Source of the DNA: Candidatus Enterousia sp.
GTDB lineage: Bacteria; Pseudomonadota; Alphaproteobacteria; Rs-D84
NCBI GenBank assembly: GCA_045587125.1
Contig: JAZNBN010000006.1
Location: 1,118-65,117, forward strand
Reading direction: 5' to 3'
Length of the DNA: 64,000 nt
Below the pieces are notes generated by a model, which had not been told where the DNA came from, made no database searches, and worked only from the letters and a program-made list of their open reading frames with translations. Both the position numbers and the translations under genes were made by a program. How positions within the stretch are numbered: position 1 is the first letter of the stretch; each line of letters opens with the position of its first letter. Positions 45,451 through 54,065 of this stretch are shown in pieces.

Positions 45451-47283
45451 ATGAAAATTCGTAATATTGCAATTATTGCACACGTTGACCATGGGAAAAC
45501 CACACTGGTTGACAACATGTTAAAACAGGCCGGAACATTCCGTGCCAACGAAAAGGTCGAAGACCGTGTTATGGACAGTGGTGATATTGAACGTGAACGT
45601 GGCATTACAATTTCTGCAAAACCAACATCTATCCAGTGGGGCGAATACAAAATCAATATCGTAGATACACCTGGACACGCAGACTTTGGTGGCGAAGTTG
45701 AACGTATTTTATCCATGGTTGATGGCGTAGTATTATTGGTTGACAGTGCCGAAGGTCCCCTGCCCCAGACCAAGTTTGTATTATCCAAGGCATTAAAATT
45801 GGGCCTACGTCCAATCGTATGTATTAACAAAGTTGACCGTGGTGACGCACGTCCGGACGAAGTTTTAACAGAAACATTTGATTTATTTGATAAACTGGGT
45901 GCAACAGATTCACAACTTGATTTCCCATATTTATATTCTGTTGGCCGTGATGGTTGGGCTGTACGTAATCTGAACGATGAAAAGAAAGACCTGACCCCAT
46001 TATTTCAATTGATTGTAGATCATGTGCCGGCACCTGATTGCAACGGTGAACGTTGCCAATTGGACGCACCATTTAAGATGTTGGCCACAACACTGGAAGC
46101 AGACCCATATGTTGGCCGAATACTGACCGGGAAAATTGAATCAGGAACTGTTCGTGTTGGCCAATCGGTCAAGGCAATAAACATGCATGGTGAATTTATA
46201 GAAAATGCAAAAATCACCAAAATCATTGAACATCGTGGAATTGAAAAAGTATCACGTGATACGGCATCCGCAGGTGACATTGTTGTTGTAGCCGGTTTTT
46301 CCAAAGCGACTGTATCCGACACATTGTGCGACCCATGTGTCACAGAACCCATTCCTGCGATGCCAATTGATCCACCAACCCTGACCATGACATTTTTTGT
46401 AAACACATCACCATTGGCGGGTAAATCTGGTAAAAAATTAACATCACGCATGATTGGCGAACGCCTGTTCAAAGAAGCCGAAACAAACATCGCATTAAAG
46501 GTTGAACAAAGCGAAAATAACGAAGCGTTCGAGGTTTCCGGTCGTGGCGAATTACAATTGGGTATTTTAATTGAAACAATGCGCCGTGAAGGATTTGAAT
46601 TATCTGTATCACGTCCACGCGTTGTTATGACAGACGGTGAAAATGGCGAAAAACTGGAACCAATCGAAGATGTTGTTATTGACGTAGATGACGAATTCAG
46701 CGGCGTAGTTATTGAAAAAATGACAAAACGCAAGGCAACAATTACTGAAATGAAGGCATCTGGTGGCGGAAAAACCCGTATTGTATTTTCTGCACCATCA
46801 CGCGGTTTAATTGGGTATTTGTCTGAATTCCGCACAGACACCCGCGGCACAGGAATTATGAACCGTGTATTTGCAGAATACGGCCCATATCGTGGTCCAA
46901 TTATGCAATACCGCCCAGGTGTTTTGGTATCCATGGAAAAAGGCAGTGCCGCAACATATGCCCTGTTTAATTTGCAACCACGTGGAACATTGTTCATTGA
47001 CCCACAAACAGAAGTTTATTCTGGCATGATTATCGGTGAACACAGCAAAGAAAATGACTTAGAGGTAAATCCAATCAAGGGTAAAGAACTGACCAACATG
47101 CGTTCTGTAACCGCCGACGAAAAATTATTCTTGGCGCCACCACGTCGCATATCTTTGGAAGAAGCATTGTCTTATATCTTGGATGACGAATTGGTAGAAG
47201 TTACTCCAGACACAATTCGTCTGCGTAAAAAAGAACTGGACAGCAACGTTCGCAAGAAAACACGTAAAAACGCAGACGCTTAA
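45451..47283 (+). CDS. typA: translational GTPase TypA/BipA
   Basis: MKIRNIAIIAHVDHGKTTLVD, DTPGHADFGGEV and NKVD motifs are present, with EF-G-like domains. Start is the ATG at 45451. Confidence 0.93.
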   Translation: MKIRNIAIIAHVDHGKTTLVDNMLKQAGTFRANEKVEDRVMDSGDIERERGITISAKPTSIQWGEYKINIVDTPGHADFGGEVERILSMVDGVVLLVDSAEGPLPQTKFVLSKALKLGLRPIVCINKVDRGDARPDEVLTETFDLFDKLGATDSQLDFPYLYSVGRDGWAVRNLNDEKKDLTPLFQLIVDHVPAPDCNGERCQLDAPFKMLATTLEADPYVGRILTGKIESGTVRVGQSVKAINMHGEFIENAKITKIIEHRGIEKVSRDTASAGDIVVVAGFSKATVSDTLCDPCVTEPIPAMPIDPPTLTMTFFVNTSPLAGKSGKKLTSRMIGERLFKEAETNIALKVEQSENNEAFEVSGRGELQLGILIETMRREGFELSVSRPRVVMTDGENGEKLEPIEDVVIDVDDEFSGVVIEKMTKRKATITEMKASGGGKTRIVFSAPSRGLIGYLSEFRTDTRGTGIMNRVFAEYGPYRGPIMQYRPGVLVSMEKGSAATYALFNLQPRGTLFIDPQTEVYSGMIIGEHSKENDLEVNPIKGKELTNMRSVTADEKLFLAPPRRISLEEALSYILDDELVEVTPDTIRLRKKELDSNVRKKTRKNADA

Positions 47284-47312
47284 AAAAATCCCCCAAACGG
47301 GGGATTTTTTTT
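47283..47312. terminator. ATCCCCC-N3-GGGGGAT terminator after typA
   Basis: aaaaaaatcccccaaacgggggatttttttt. Confidence 0.8.
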
Positions 47313-47400
47313 CAGTCAGGAAGATGAAACTGTTTTTTATTCGGTTTATGGTGTTTTAGAAACAAATCCAACTGTTTTACCACCGTTGTTATTCTTCTTT
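47311..47400 (-). pseudogene. decayed 3' end of a third member of the paralog A/B family
   Basis: The minus-sense sequence tggatttgtttctaaaacaccataaaccgaataaaaaacagtttcatcttcctgactg aligns by eye with tggaagttactggaaaacaccacaacggaataataatcagtttccgtccttg at the ends of A and B. The same terminator family follows. Indels and stops are present. Confidence 0.55.
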
Positions 47401-47615
47401 GTCATTGCGAGCGAACGCGTGGCAATCCAGTCATTCTTCTTCCTTGTCATTCTGGGGCTTGACCCCAGGACCCAGGTTTGGCCTTAGTATTTAAAGGAAA
47501 GATGACCTAGGTTCTGGGGTCAAGCCCCAGAATGACAAAAAATTTACAATTTTTTTCTATTTGGTTCGCTTTGCTCACACTTCTTAGTCCCAACCCCTGC
47601 CTTCGCAGGGGTGAC
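47401..47615. repeat. cluster of GC-rich GTCAT/GTCAC-hairpin mini-palindromes, including a 23-bp inverted pair (MITE-like)
   Basis: gtcattgcgagcgaacgcgtggcaatccag (47401-47430). gtcattctggggcttgaccccag (47446-47468) has a perfect inverted copy at 47514-47536. gtcacccctgcgaaggcaggggttggg lies on the minus strand (47589-47615). These are much more GC-rich than their surroundings. Confidence 0.8.
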
Positions 47616-47637
47616 AAAGGGGCTTAATTTTTTTATC

Positions 47638-47664
47638 AAAAAAATCCCCACCTGGGGGATTTTT
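47638..47664. terminator. ATCCCC-N4-GGGGAT terminator after paralog B
   Basis: aaaaaaatccccacctgggggattttt. It is part of the block duplicated with 40758-40785. Confidence 0.75.
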
Positions 47665-47683
47665 CAAGGACGGAAACTGATTA

Positions 47684-48811
47684 TTATTCCGTTGTGGTAT
47701 TTTCCAAAAGTTTCCATCCACTGAACGTATATCCTGGCTTTACTGGATCTGCTGGTACTTCAATCGCACCTTCATATGTACACTGATTGATTGTGTGTTT
47801 ACCACCATTATCCGGATTCCAGTCAATATTGATTGTGTTCGCCGCACATGTGGCAGGTCCATCAACAGTCCCAAATACTGCAGCACGGAATCCACTACTG
47901 TATGTAGCAATGTAACACAGGCGATCTGCACAGAACAGTGGGCAAGTTGAAGCGCACCCATTACCTGTTGAGCTATCACCGAGGAATACCCATGGTGCAG
48001 CTACGATAGGGGTGCTTTCGCCATCCGCACTTTTATAACCATCTAGCTGACAATAACAATATTGTGCGCCATCCGCACCAGTTTCATCTGGCCAATTATC
48101 TGCAATAGTTGGGTCAGTCCAAGTATTATCATTATTGTCGCCCGCCTGTGTACTGCAACGACCACGCCCAGTTATCATGCCTTTGTCTCCATAAACAACC
48201 GCAAATGCCATTGGTTCGCCTGCGATACCCGCATCAGAAGGAGTTATAGATATGTTAGCTTTTTTGGTACCAGTGTTATCATTACTTGCCCATCCTGTAC
48301 CTGTATCTGTTGTGCCAATTGTATCGGTCAGATTCAATCCTGGTTTTACGTGCCATCCGGCAATGCACGCCGTTGGTTCGCATGTATCAACCCCACTGCC
48401 ATAATAATCATTACCGGTAACCTTTGTGGCCTTCGCAACCATATCAACTGTACATGCGGTGTAACACTGGGTATCGGCGGACGCACCGTTTGCAGAATTT
48501 GGATATCCCGTTGGACATTGGGCGATACTGTTGTTCGCCGTTTCAACCGTGAATCCACCACCAACGCAATATGATCCCGCCGGACAGGTTGCCTTGTCCA
48601 CAGATGTTTCTGTTACGTTCAGATATTGCCCGGGATCCAATGTATAATCTATCAAATCCCATGTTGCAATCGTGTTGGCGATTGCATTATTATCGGACAC
48701 GCCCAATACATCAACCGTACATGTATTCGCACTGGTTATTATTTTGTCGACACCGAATGCAGGTGCAATAAACGTTCCCATTAATGCGGTGGTTAAAAAA
48801 TATTTTTTCAT
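47684..48811 (-). CDS. Cys-rich surface/secreted protein, paralog B
   Basis: Start at MKKYFLTTALMGTFIAPAFGV (ATG 48809-48811). The N-terminal ~130 aa and C-terminal ~60 aa are nearly identical to paralog A. The central region is divergent. Confidence 0.7.
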   Translation of the reverse strand: MKKYFLTTALMGTFIAPAFGVDKIITSANTCTVDVLGVSDNNAIANTIATWDLIDYTLDPGQYLNVTETSVDKATCPAGSYCVGGGFTVETANNSIAQCPTGYPNSANGASADTQCYTACTVDMVAKATKVTGNDYYGSGVDTCEPTACIAGWHVKPGLNLTDTIGTTDTGTGWASNDNTGTKKANISITPSDAGIAGEPMAFAVVYGDKGMITGRGRCSTQAGDNNDNTWTDPTIADNWPDETGADGAQYCYCQLDGYKSADGESTPIVAAPWVFLGDSSTGNGCASTCPLFCADRLCYIATYSSGFRAAVFGTVDGPATCAANTINIDWNPDNGGKHTINQCTYEGAIEVPADPVKPGYTFSGWKLLENTTTE

Positions 48812-48838
48812 TTCCCTTTCCTTTTCGTTATAAAAAAT

Positions 48839-48875
48839 AATCACCTTAATGGCACGACATGCCATTAAGGTGATT
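48839..48875 (-). promoter_or_regulatory. leader hairpin plus U-run upstream of paralog B
   Basis: aatcaccttaatggcacgacatgccattaaggtgatt, followed by TTTTTT in the mRNA sense. The arms are identical to the paralog A copy and the loop-proximal bases differ. Confidence 0.5.
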
Positions 48876-48882
48876 ATTCAAT

Positions 48883-48903
48883 AACGCAAACATAGTTTGC
48901 GTT
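48883..48903. promoter_or_regulatory. palindrome in the paralog B leader
   Basis: aacgcaaac-ata-gtttgcgtt. Confidence 0.45.
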
Positions 48904-48915
48904 AAATGTTTTTAA

Positions 48916-48929
48916 CTCTCTCTCTCTCT
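48916..48929. repeat. (CT)7 / (AG)7 microsatellite in the paralog B leader
   Basis: Counted directly: one unit shorter than at paralog A. Confidence 0.9.
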
Positions 48930-49021
48930 AGATTTCTGCGGAATTTTATCATTTTTCGCACTTTTTTCCCTGTTTTCTTGCCTGAATTATATCATAATTA
49001 CAAAAAACACACAAGACAGTT

Positions 49022-50218
49022 TTACATCTTTTCTTTTAACCATTTTCTGAATTTACCACGTCTGACACGCCCGGGCACAATACATGAAACATATTTAATA
49101 AATTTCTTTTTAAATTTAACATAAAATTGACCACCATTATTTTTCTTGAATTCTTTTAATTGTGCCCTGTATTCGGCCAGTGCATCTTTATCAATCGCCA
49201 AATCATCGTCATCGTATTTAAAATTATTTTCATCAAAAAATTGTTTTAAATATTTATTAACACCAATAATCTGGGGTGCATGAAATCCACCATGCGTTGA
49301 TTGAAATTCTTCAACAGATGCAGAAATAATATCAATATTTTGATTTTTTATCATGCACAATCTGTATTGAATTTCACCATTATCTTTAACCGCAGACGTA
49401 CGGTTTAATTGAATAACACGTGTACCATCACACATAGTCAACGCCAAATGCAACGCAGTCCCCGCACAACCTGCCAACACTTTGGCATGACTGATTATCG
49501 CAATTTGTTGACTCAAAGGCATTGTTTCTGGGTAAATAACCGTAAACCCATTTTTTTCAAATATATGTTGAACCTTTTCTTCGCCCCACACACGCATATC
49601 ATCATTTAATTTTGCACGTGATACATAAACTTTGTCATAGACTGTATCAGACCCAGAATTTTCACGCATTACATCAAACACATTTTTAAATTCATTACCA
49701 TACCACCCAGACACAATATTCAAAGATTGCGACGGAATATATATTTTATTAAATCGCATTGATTTATTTAAAATCAGAATATCTTTTTCAGGTACCCCGG
49801 CCAATTTTAAAAATTCAATCATCCATTGCTTTGCACCCATATTTTGATTATCCACCAAAACGTATTTAATATTTTTACTGTTTATCTGTGCAATTCCCCA
49901 CCCACGATTTAAATGTTCCAACAAAAAATGTCCAAAGTGCGGATATGCATTACCTAAAAACACCGCATCACAGTCCATATAATCATCTGGGGCATAAAAC
50001 TTTGGTATAAATTGTGCGGTCTTGCCACGATATTGCAACGAAGAATTTACCAATCCGCCCTGTCCATCAAAAACACCAAACGCACCTGTATTTGTATCTA
50101 TGATAAAAGAACCACCTGCAACAGTATCTATGTTCATATCATCACGACGTGAAATTTTTGCAATTTTTTTCATTAAAAAGCGTTTGTATTTATCATCACT
50201 GTAACAAGACATTTTCAT
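49022..50218 (-). CDS. glycosyltransferase family 61 / DUF563-like protein
   Basis: 398 aa. GNAYPHFGHFLLEHLNRGW matches the GT61/DUF563 signature (hfGHfl.E.l.R). The start is uncertain (several in-frame Met). Confidence 0.6.
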   Translation of the reverse strand: MKMSCYSDDKYKRFLMKKIAKISRRDDMNIDTVAGGSFIIDTNTGAFGVFDGQGGLVNSSLQYRGKTAQFIPKFYAPDDYMDCDAVFLGNAYPHFGHFLLEHLNRGWGIAQINSKNIKYVLVDNQNMGAKQWMIEFLKLAGVPEKDILILNKSMRFNKIYIPSQSLNIVSGWYGNEFKNVFDVMRENSGSDTVYDKVYVSRAKLNDDMRVWGEEKVQHIFEKNGFTVIYPETMPLSQQIAIISHAKVLAGCAGTALHLALTMCDGTRVIQLNRTSAVKDNGEIQYRLCMIKNQNIDIISASVEEFQSTHGGFHAPQIIGVNKYLKQFFDENNFKYDDDDLAIDKDALAEYRAQLKEFKKNNGGQFYVKFKKKFIKYVSCIVPGRVRRGKFRKWLKEKM

Positions 50219-50271
50219 AGCAATCTCCTAAGACCTTGCAAAATCATTATAAAACATGTAAATTATATAAT

Positions 50272-51135
50272 ATGAAACATAATGATTCTAGGAAAAAACG
50301 TTTATTTTTATTTGCAGGCTTTAATAAATCTGCACGTATTGATGACGCATTGATTTATTATATCCGTGCACTTAATAAATTTGGCGATGTTATTTTGGTT
50401 ATGGATTCTGATTGTCCGAATTCAGAAACAGATAAAATAAAAAAATATACAAAATATACATCTGCCACCCGTCATGGCGAATATGATTTTGGATCTTATA
50501 AACGTGCATATATTTGGGCATGCGAAAATTTAAAAATATCTGATTACGATTATGTATATTTGGTAAATGATTCTGTATATGGACCGTTGTATTCAATGAC
50601 ACGTTATTTTGACGCAATGGAAAACATGGGGCACGATGCATTTGGCATTGTCAAGAATCCAAACCCAAAGCACCCACATATTCAATCTTGGTTTGTTGGA
50701 TTAACAAAAAACATATTCACATCCGATTGGTTTGATAAATTTATGAACGCTATTACAAAACTGCCTTCCAAAGGTGCAATTACCCGTGAATACGAACAGG
50801 GATTATCCAAACAAATTTCCGAACATGGTTTTACATGGGATTGTCTTTATACTGTTTCCGGTCGCGGTGTGTATAACCAGATAAAAAAATTATTTACCCA
50901 TGGTATGCCATTTATGAAACGGGTTGCATTTTCGCGTAATCATGGGGGGTTGGGCAAACAAATAAGATATGTATTAAATCATGTAAATCCAGACATAAAA
51001 TCCGCAATTATAAAATCTGCAACCGATGAATATGGCGAAAAATATATCAAATGGTTATTAACATCAAACCCAATAAAAATCGGATTCAGAAATATCAAAC
51101 ACGCACTTTATAAATTATTGGTCGAGGGAATATGA
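50272..51135 (+). CDS. rhamnan-synthesis protein F (RgpF)-like polysaccharide biosynthesis protein
   Basis: LFLFAGF...DYDYVYLVNDSVYGPL is the pattern I associate with the RgpF family. Start at MKHNDSRKKR (ATG 50272). Confidence 0.55.
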   Translation: MKHNDSRKKRLFLFAGFNKSARIDDALIYYIRALNKFGDVILVMDSDCPNSETDKIKKYTKYTSATRHGEYDFGSYKRAYIWACENLKISDYDYVYLVNDSVYGPLYSMTRYFDAMENMGHDAFGIVKNPNPKHPHIQSWFVGLTKNIFTSDWFDKFMNAITKLPSKGAITREYEQGLSKQISEHGFTWDCLYTVSGRGVYNQIKKLFTHGMPFMKRVAFSRNHGGLGKQIRYVLNHVNPDIKSAIIKSATDEYGEKYIKWLLTSNPIKIGFRNIKHALYKLLVEGI

Positions 51136-51974
51136 AAACACAACAATTAAAAAAAATAGCAGTTATAACAATGGCACGCAACGATGACTTTTTTCTGTCA
51201 CGTTGGATTGAATATTATGGCACGCAATTTGGCACAGAAAACCTGTATATATATCTGGACGGACTGGACCAAAACATTCCTGAAAACGCAGACAATGCAC
51301 ATATAACAAAACTGCCACACACAGACATGTCACGCAGTGCCGGTGACAAATACAGAATTGGAAAAATATCTGCACTGGCAAAAGAATTATTAAAAACATA
51401 CGACATTGTAATTGGTTGTGATGCGGATGAATTTTTAATTGTTGACCCAAAATTAAAAACAACATTACACCAACATTTATCAAACAAAAAAATTCATACA
51501 ACAATGTCTGGTTTGGGATTGGACGTTGGGCAACATATGAAATTTGAAAAATCACTGGATACATCAAAACCATTTTTATCACAACGCAGTTTTGCATTAA
51601 TGTCAACCCGATATACAAAACCTGTTGTTATAAACAAACCTGTAAATTGGGGCAGTGGTTTTCACCGTGTCAAAGGCAAAAATTTTCACATTGATAAAAA
51701 CCTTTACCTGTTACACTTTGGTGCGGTTGATATGGACATGTTAATTGCCAAGGCCGCCGCCCGTGGGGCTGATTGGGTAAACCACCTTAAACGTCGTGGG
51801 AACGGCACAATAAACGACGTAACAAACCGCCCTGGCCGTGGCGAAGGTTGGATAAAATTCGCACGATTTATTCAAACGTATATTCGTGCCCCATACGCAA
51901 TAAACAAACCAAATATGTTGGGGGCAAAAATAGTTGTAAAAATCCCAGAACGTTTTAAAACAACACGCATATAA
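51132..51974 (+). CDS. glycosyltransferase (GT2-like fold, Glyco_tranf_2_4-type)
   Basis: 280 aa. IAVITMARNDDFFLSRWIEYY...LYIYLDG...GCDADEF (DxD-like). It overlaps the upstream stop by 4 nt. Confidence 0.55.
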   Translation: MKTQQLKKIAVITMARNDDFFLSRWIEYYGTQFGTENLYIYLDGLDQNIPENADNAHITKLPHTDMSRSAGDKYRIGKISALAKELLKTYDIVIGCDADEFLIVDPKLKTTLHQHLSNKKIHTTMSGLGLDVGQHMKFEKSLDTSKPFLSQRSFALMSTRYTKPVVINKPVNWGSGFHRVKGKNFHIDKNLYLLHFGAVDMDMLIAKAAARGADWVNHLKRRGNGTINDVTNRPGRGEGWIKFARFIQTYIRAPYAINKPNMLGAKIVVKIPERFKTTRI

Positions 51975-52006
51975 AAAAATAAGACGCAAATGCGTCTTAT
52001 TTTTTT
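51973..52006. terminator. bidirectional terminator between convergent glycosyltransferase genes
   Basis: aaaaaaataagacgcaaatgcgtcttattttttt: a 10-bp stem flanked by an A-run and a T-run. Confidence 0.8.
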
Positions 52007-53027
52007 ATTTAATAAAATCTAAAATTCTGCGTTTATATTTTCTGGCACGCAATCCACGTGGTCTGTCAAACACACCATGATTATATAAATCAGAAACAAA
52101 TTCTTTCGCCGTTGCAACATCTTCTTCGTTATCTAAATCACGAATTTTTCGCATCATTATAACTGTAAATGGCCACAAGAAATGATAGTTAAAATGTAAA
52201 AAATCCATTTTACTGGTATTCTGTGAATACAAATCATACGATGCACGCAACCCAGTTGCGATTGATTTTGCCATAAACAAAGATTTCGAACTGTTTAACT
52301 GTGATGCCGTATTTGGTATATAAAAATACAGTGGCAATTTTGTTATAACTGTTTTTGGTTTTTTATGTAACACCGCCACCCACCATGGAAAATCTTCTAT
52401 AATAATCCCTTTGATAAACGGAATATCTTTTATTAAATCTTTTTTATATAATGCCAACACAGGATAACAATGTTTCCGCACACGTGCAGGCCGCCTTAGC
52501 CATAAACTGCGATTACGTTCTGTACAATGCATTAAAATATTCTTAGTCACAAATTTATAAAACTTATTAACCTTGTAAATTCTACGTCTGCTGGTTGGTA
52601 CCAAACCATATATATCTTTGTTTTTATTTAACAACCTTTTTAAGTCTTTATAAAAAGGCACATCAAAATTAAACATTGCCATATCTGCGTGTTTTTGTTT
52701 AATTGTGCCAACCATCAATTCCAACGTTTGGTCATGAATAAAATCATCACTGTCCACAAATAAAATATATTCACCCCTGGCATGTTTCATTCCGGTATTA
52801 CGTGCCTCAGAAGATCCAGCATTTTTTTTATTTATAATTTCGAACCGCATATCACGCATTGCGTATTCTTGTAATATTTCCAAACTGTTATCCGTACTGC
52901 CATCATTAACACATATTGCGTGCCAATTTTGAAACGTTTGACGCAACAGACTGTCTAAACATCTGCGTAAATAACGTTCAACATTATACACAGGGATAAT
53001 TACGGTCACTAATGGTTTTTCGGGCAT
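52005..53027 (-). CDS. family 2 glycosyltransferase
   Basis: 340 aa. VTVIIPVYNVERYLRRCLDSLLRQT...NDGSTD...FVDSDD (GT2 signature). Confidence 0.85.
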   Translation of the reverse strand: MPEKPLVTVIIPVYNVERYLRRCLDSLLRQTFQNWHAICVNDGSTDNSLEILQEYAMRDMRFEIINKKNAGSSEARNTGMKHARGEYILFVDSDDFIHDQTLELMVGTIKQKHADMAMFNFDVPFYKDLKRLLNKNKDIYGLVPTSRRRIYKVNKFYKFVTKNILMHCTERNRSLWLRRPARVRKHCYPVLALYKKDLIKDIPFIKGIIIEDFPWWVAVLHKKPKTVITKLPLYFYIPNTASQLNSSKSLFMAKSIATGLRASYDLYSQNTSKMDFLHFNYHFLWPFTVIMMRKIRDLDNEEDVATAKEFVSDLYNHGVFDRPRGLRARKYKRRILDFIK

Positions 53028-53030
53028 AAC

Positions 53031-54050
53031 TTATTTTCCTTTGATAAAATCCATAATTTGTTTTTGAATCTTTTTTGCCCACGAACAATGTGGATTAGAC
53101 AACGCACCAATTTTTTCCAGATTTGCAAAACATTGGCGTGCATCTGCAATATCTGCATCAGCATCTAAATATTTAATTTTTCTGAATGCCCATTTAATAA
53201 AATACCATTTAAACTGTGCATTCCATTTTTTCATCTGATAATCTGTTGCAGATTCTTTATACGCCTTGTACGCACTTTCAATTCCCGCACACAAACTTTT
53301 CATAATACGCAATTGTTTTGCACTTAACACAATTCCACCAAAATTTGGTATATAAAAATACAGTGGCAATGGTGCAATCGTAACACGTGGATTGCGTAAC
53401 ATAACCCTGCTCCACCATGGGAAATCTTCAAACAAAATACCCTTGATAAAAGGAATATCTTCAATTAATTCACGTTTATATAAATTCTTCCAAACCTGAC
53501 AGTGTTTAATTAACCAACGACGCTTTGGATTAAACATATTATGCGTACGTTCAGTTGCATATTCATAAACATCATCTGTTACACGTGTTTTAATTTTTGC
53601 GACATCATATTTTTTACGTATACGTTTTGGCACAACATTATCTGTATCCAAACCTAATTTATGACGCACCATTAATTGTGGGCGATAAATTCTGTCGTAT
53701 GTAAAAGACACGATATCTGACCCATCACGCAGTGCCAAAGAATATGCAATTTCCATAGTTTGTGGGTGAATAAAATCATCACTGTCCAGATATAAAATGT
53801 AATCACCTGTAACATACGGCATTGCTGCATTACGTGCATCAGACAATCCACCATTTTCTTTATCTACCACAATAAAGCGCTTATCACGTGCAGCATATTC
53901 ACGTGCGATTTCCCCAGATTTATCAGGACTGCCGTCATTTACACAGATTGCCTGCCAATCTTTAAAAGTCTGATTTTGTACACTGTCCAAACATCTGCGC
54001 AAATATTTTTCAACGCCATACATTGGAATAATAATAGATATAGCAGGCAT
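53031..54050 (-). CDS. family 2 glycosyltransferase (tandem paralog)
   Basis: 339 aa. ISIIIPMYGVEKYLRRCLDSVQNQT...NDGSPD...YLDSDD. It is colinear with the neighbouring GT2 (shared IPFIKGI..EDFPWW block). Confidence 0.85.
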   Translation of the reverse strand: MPAISIIIPMYGVEKYLRRCLDSVQNQTFKDWQAICVNDGSPDKSGEIAREYAARDKRFIVVDKENGGLSDARNAAMPYVTGDYILYLDSDDFIHPQTMEIAYSLALRDGSDIVSFTYDRIYRPQLMVRHKLGLDTDNVVPKRIRKKYDVAKIKTRVTDDVYEYATERTHNMFNPKRRWLIKHCQVWKNLYKRELIEDIPFIKGILFEDFPWWSRVMLRNPRVTIAPLPLYFYIPNFGGIVLSAKQLRIMKSLCAGIESAYKAYKESATDYQMKKWNAQFKWYFIKWAFRKIKYLDADADIADARQCFANLEKIGALSNPHCSWAKKIQKQIMDFIKGK

Positions 54051-54065
54051 ATATAATCCTTTTGT

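Noticed and set aside
46020-46997. A 325-aa minus-strand ORF inside typA. Similar long antisense ORFs occur at 20060-20728, 33922-34494, 25663-26187, 27271-28167, 43559-43948, 40366-40788 and 6423-6755.
   Set aside because: These lie entirely antisense to, or out of frame within, strongly supported conserved genes. Their translations are low-complexity (Ser/Pro/Ile/Asn or Cys-rich) with no motifs. They are typical shadow ORFs.
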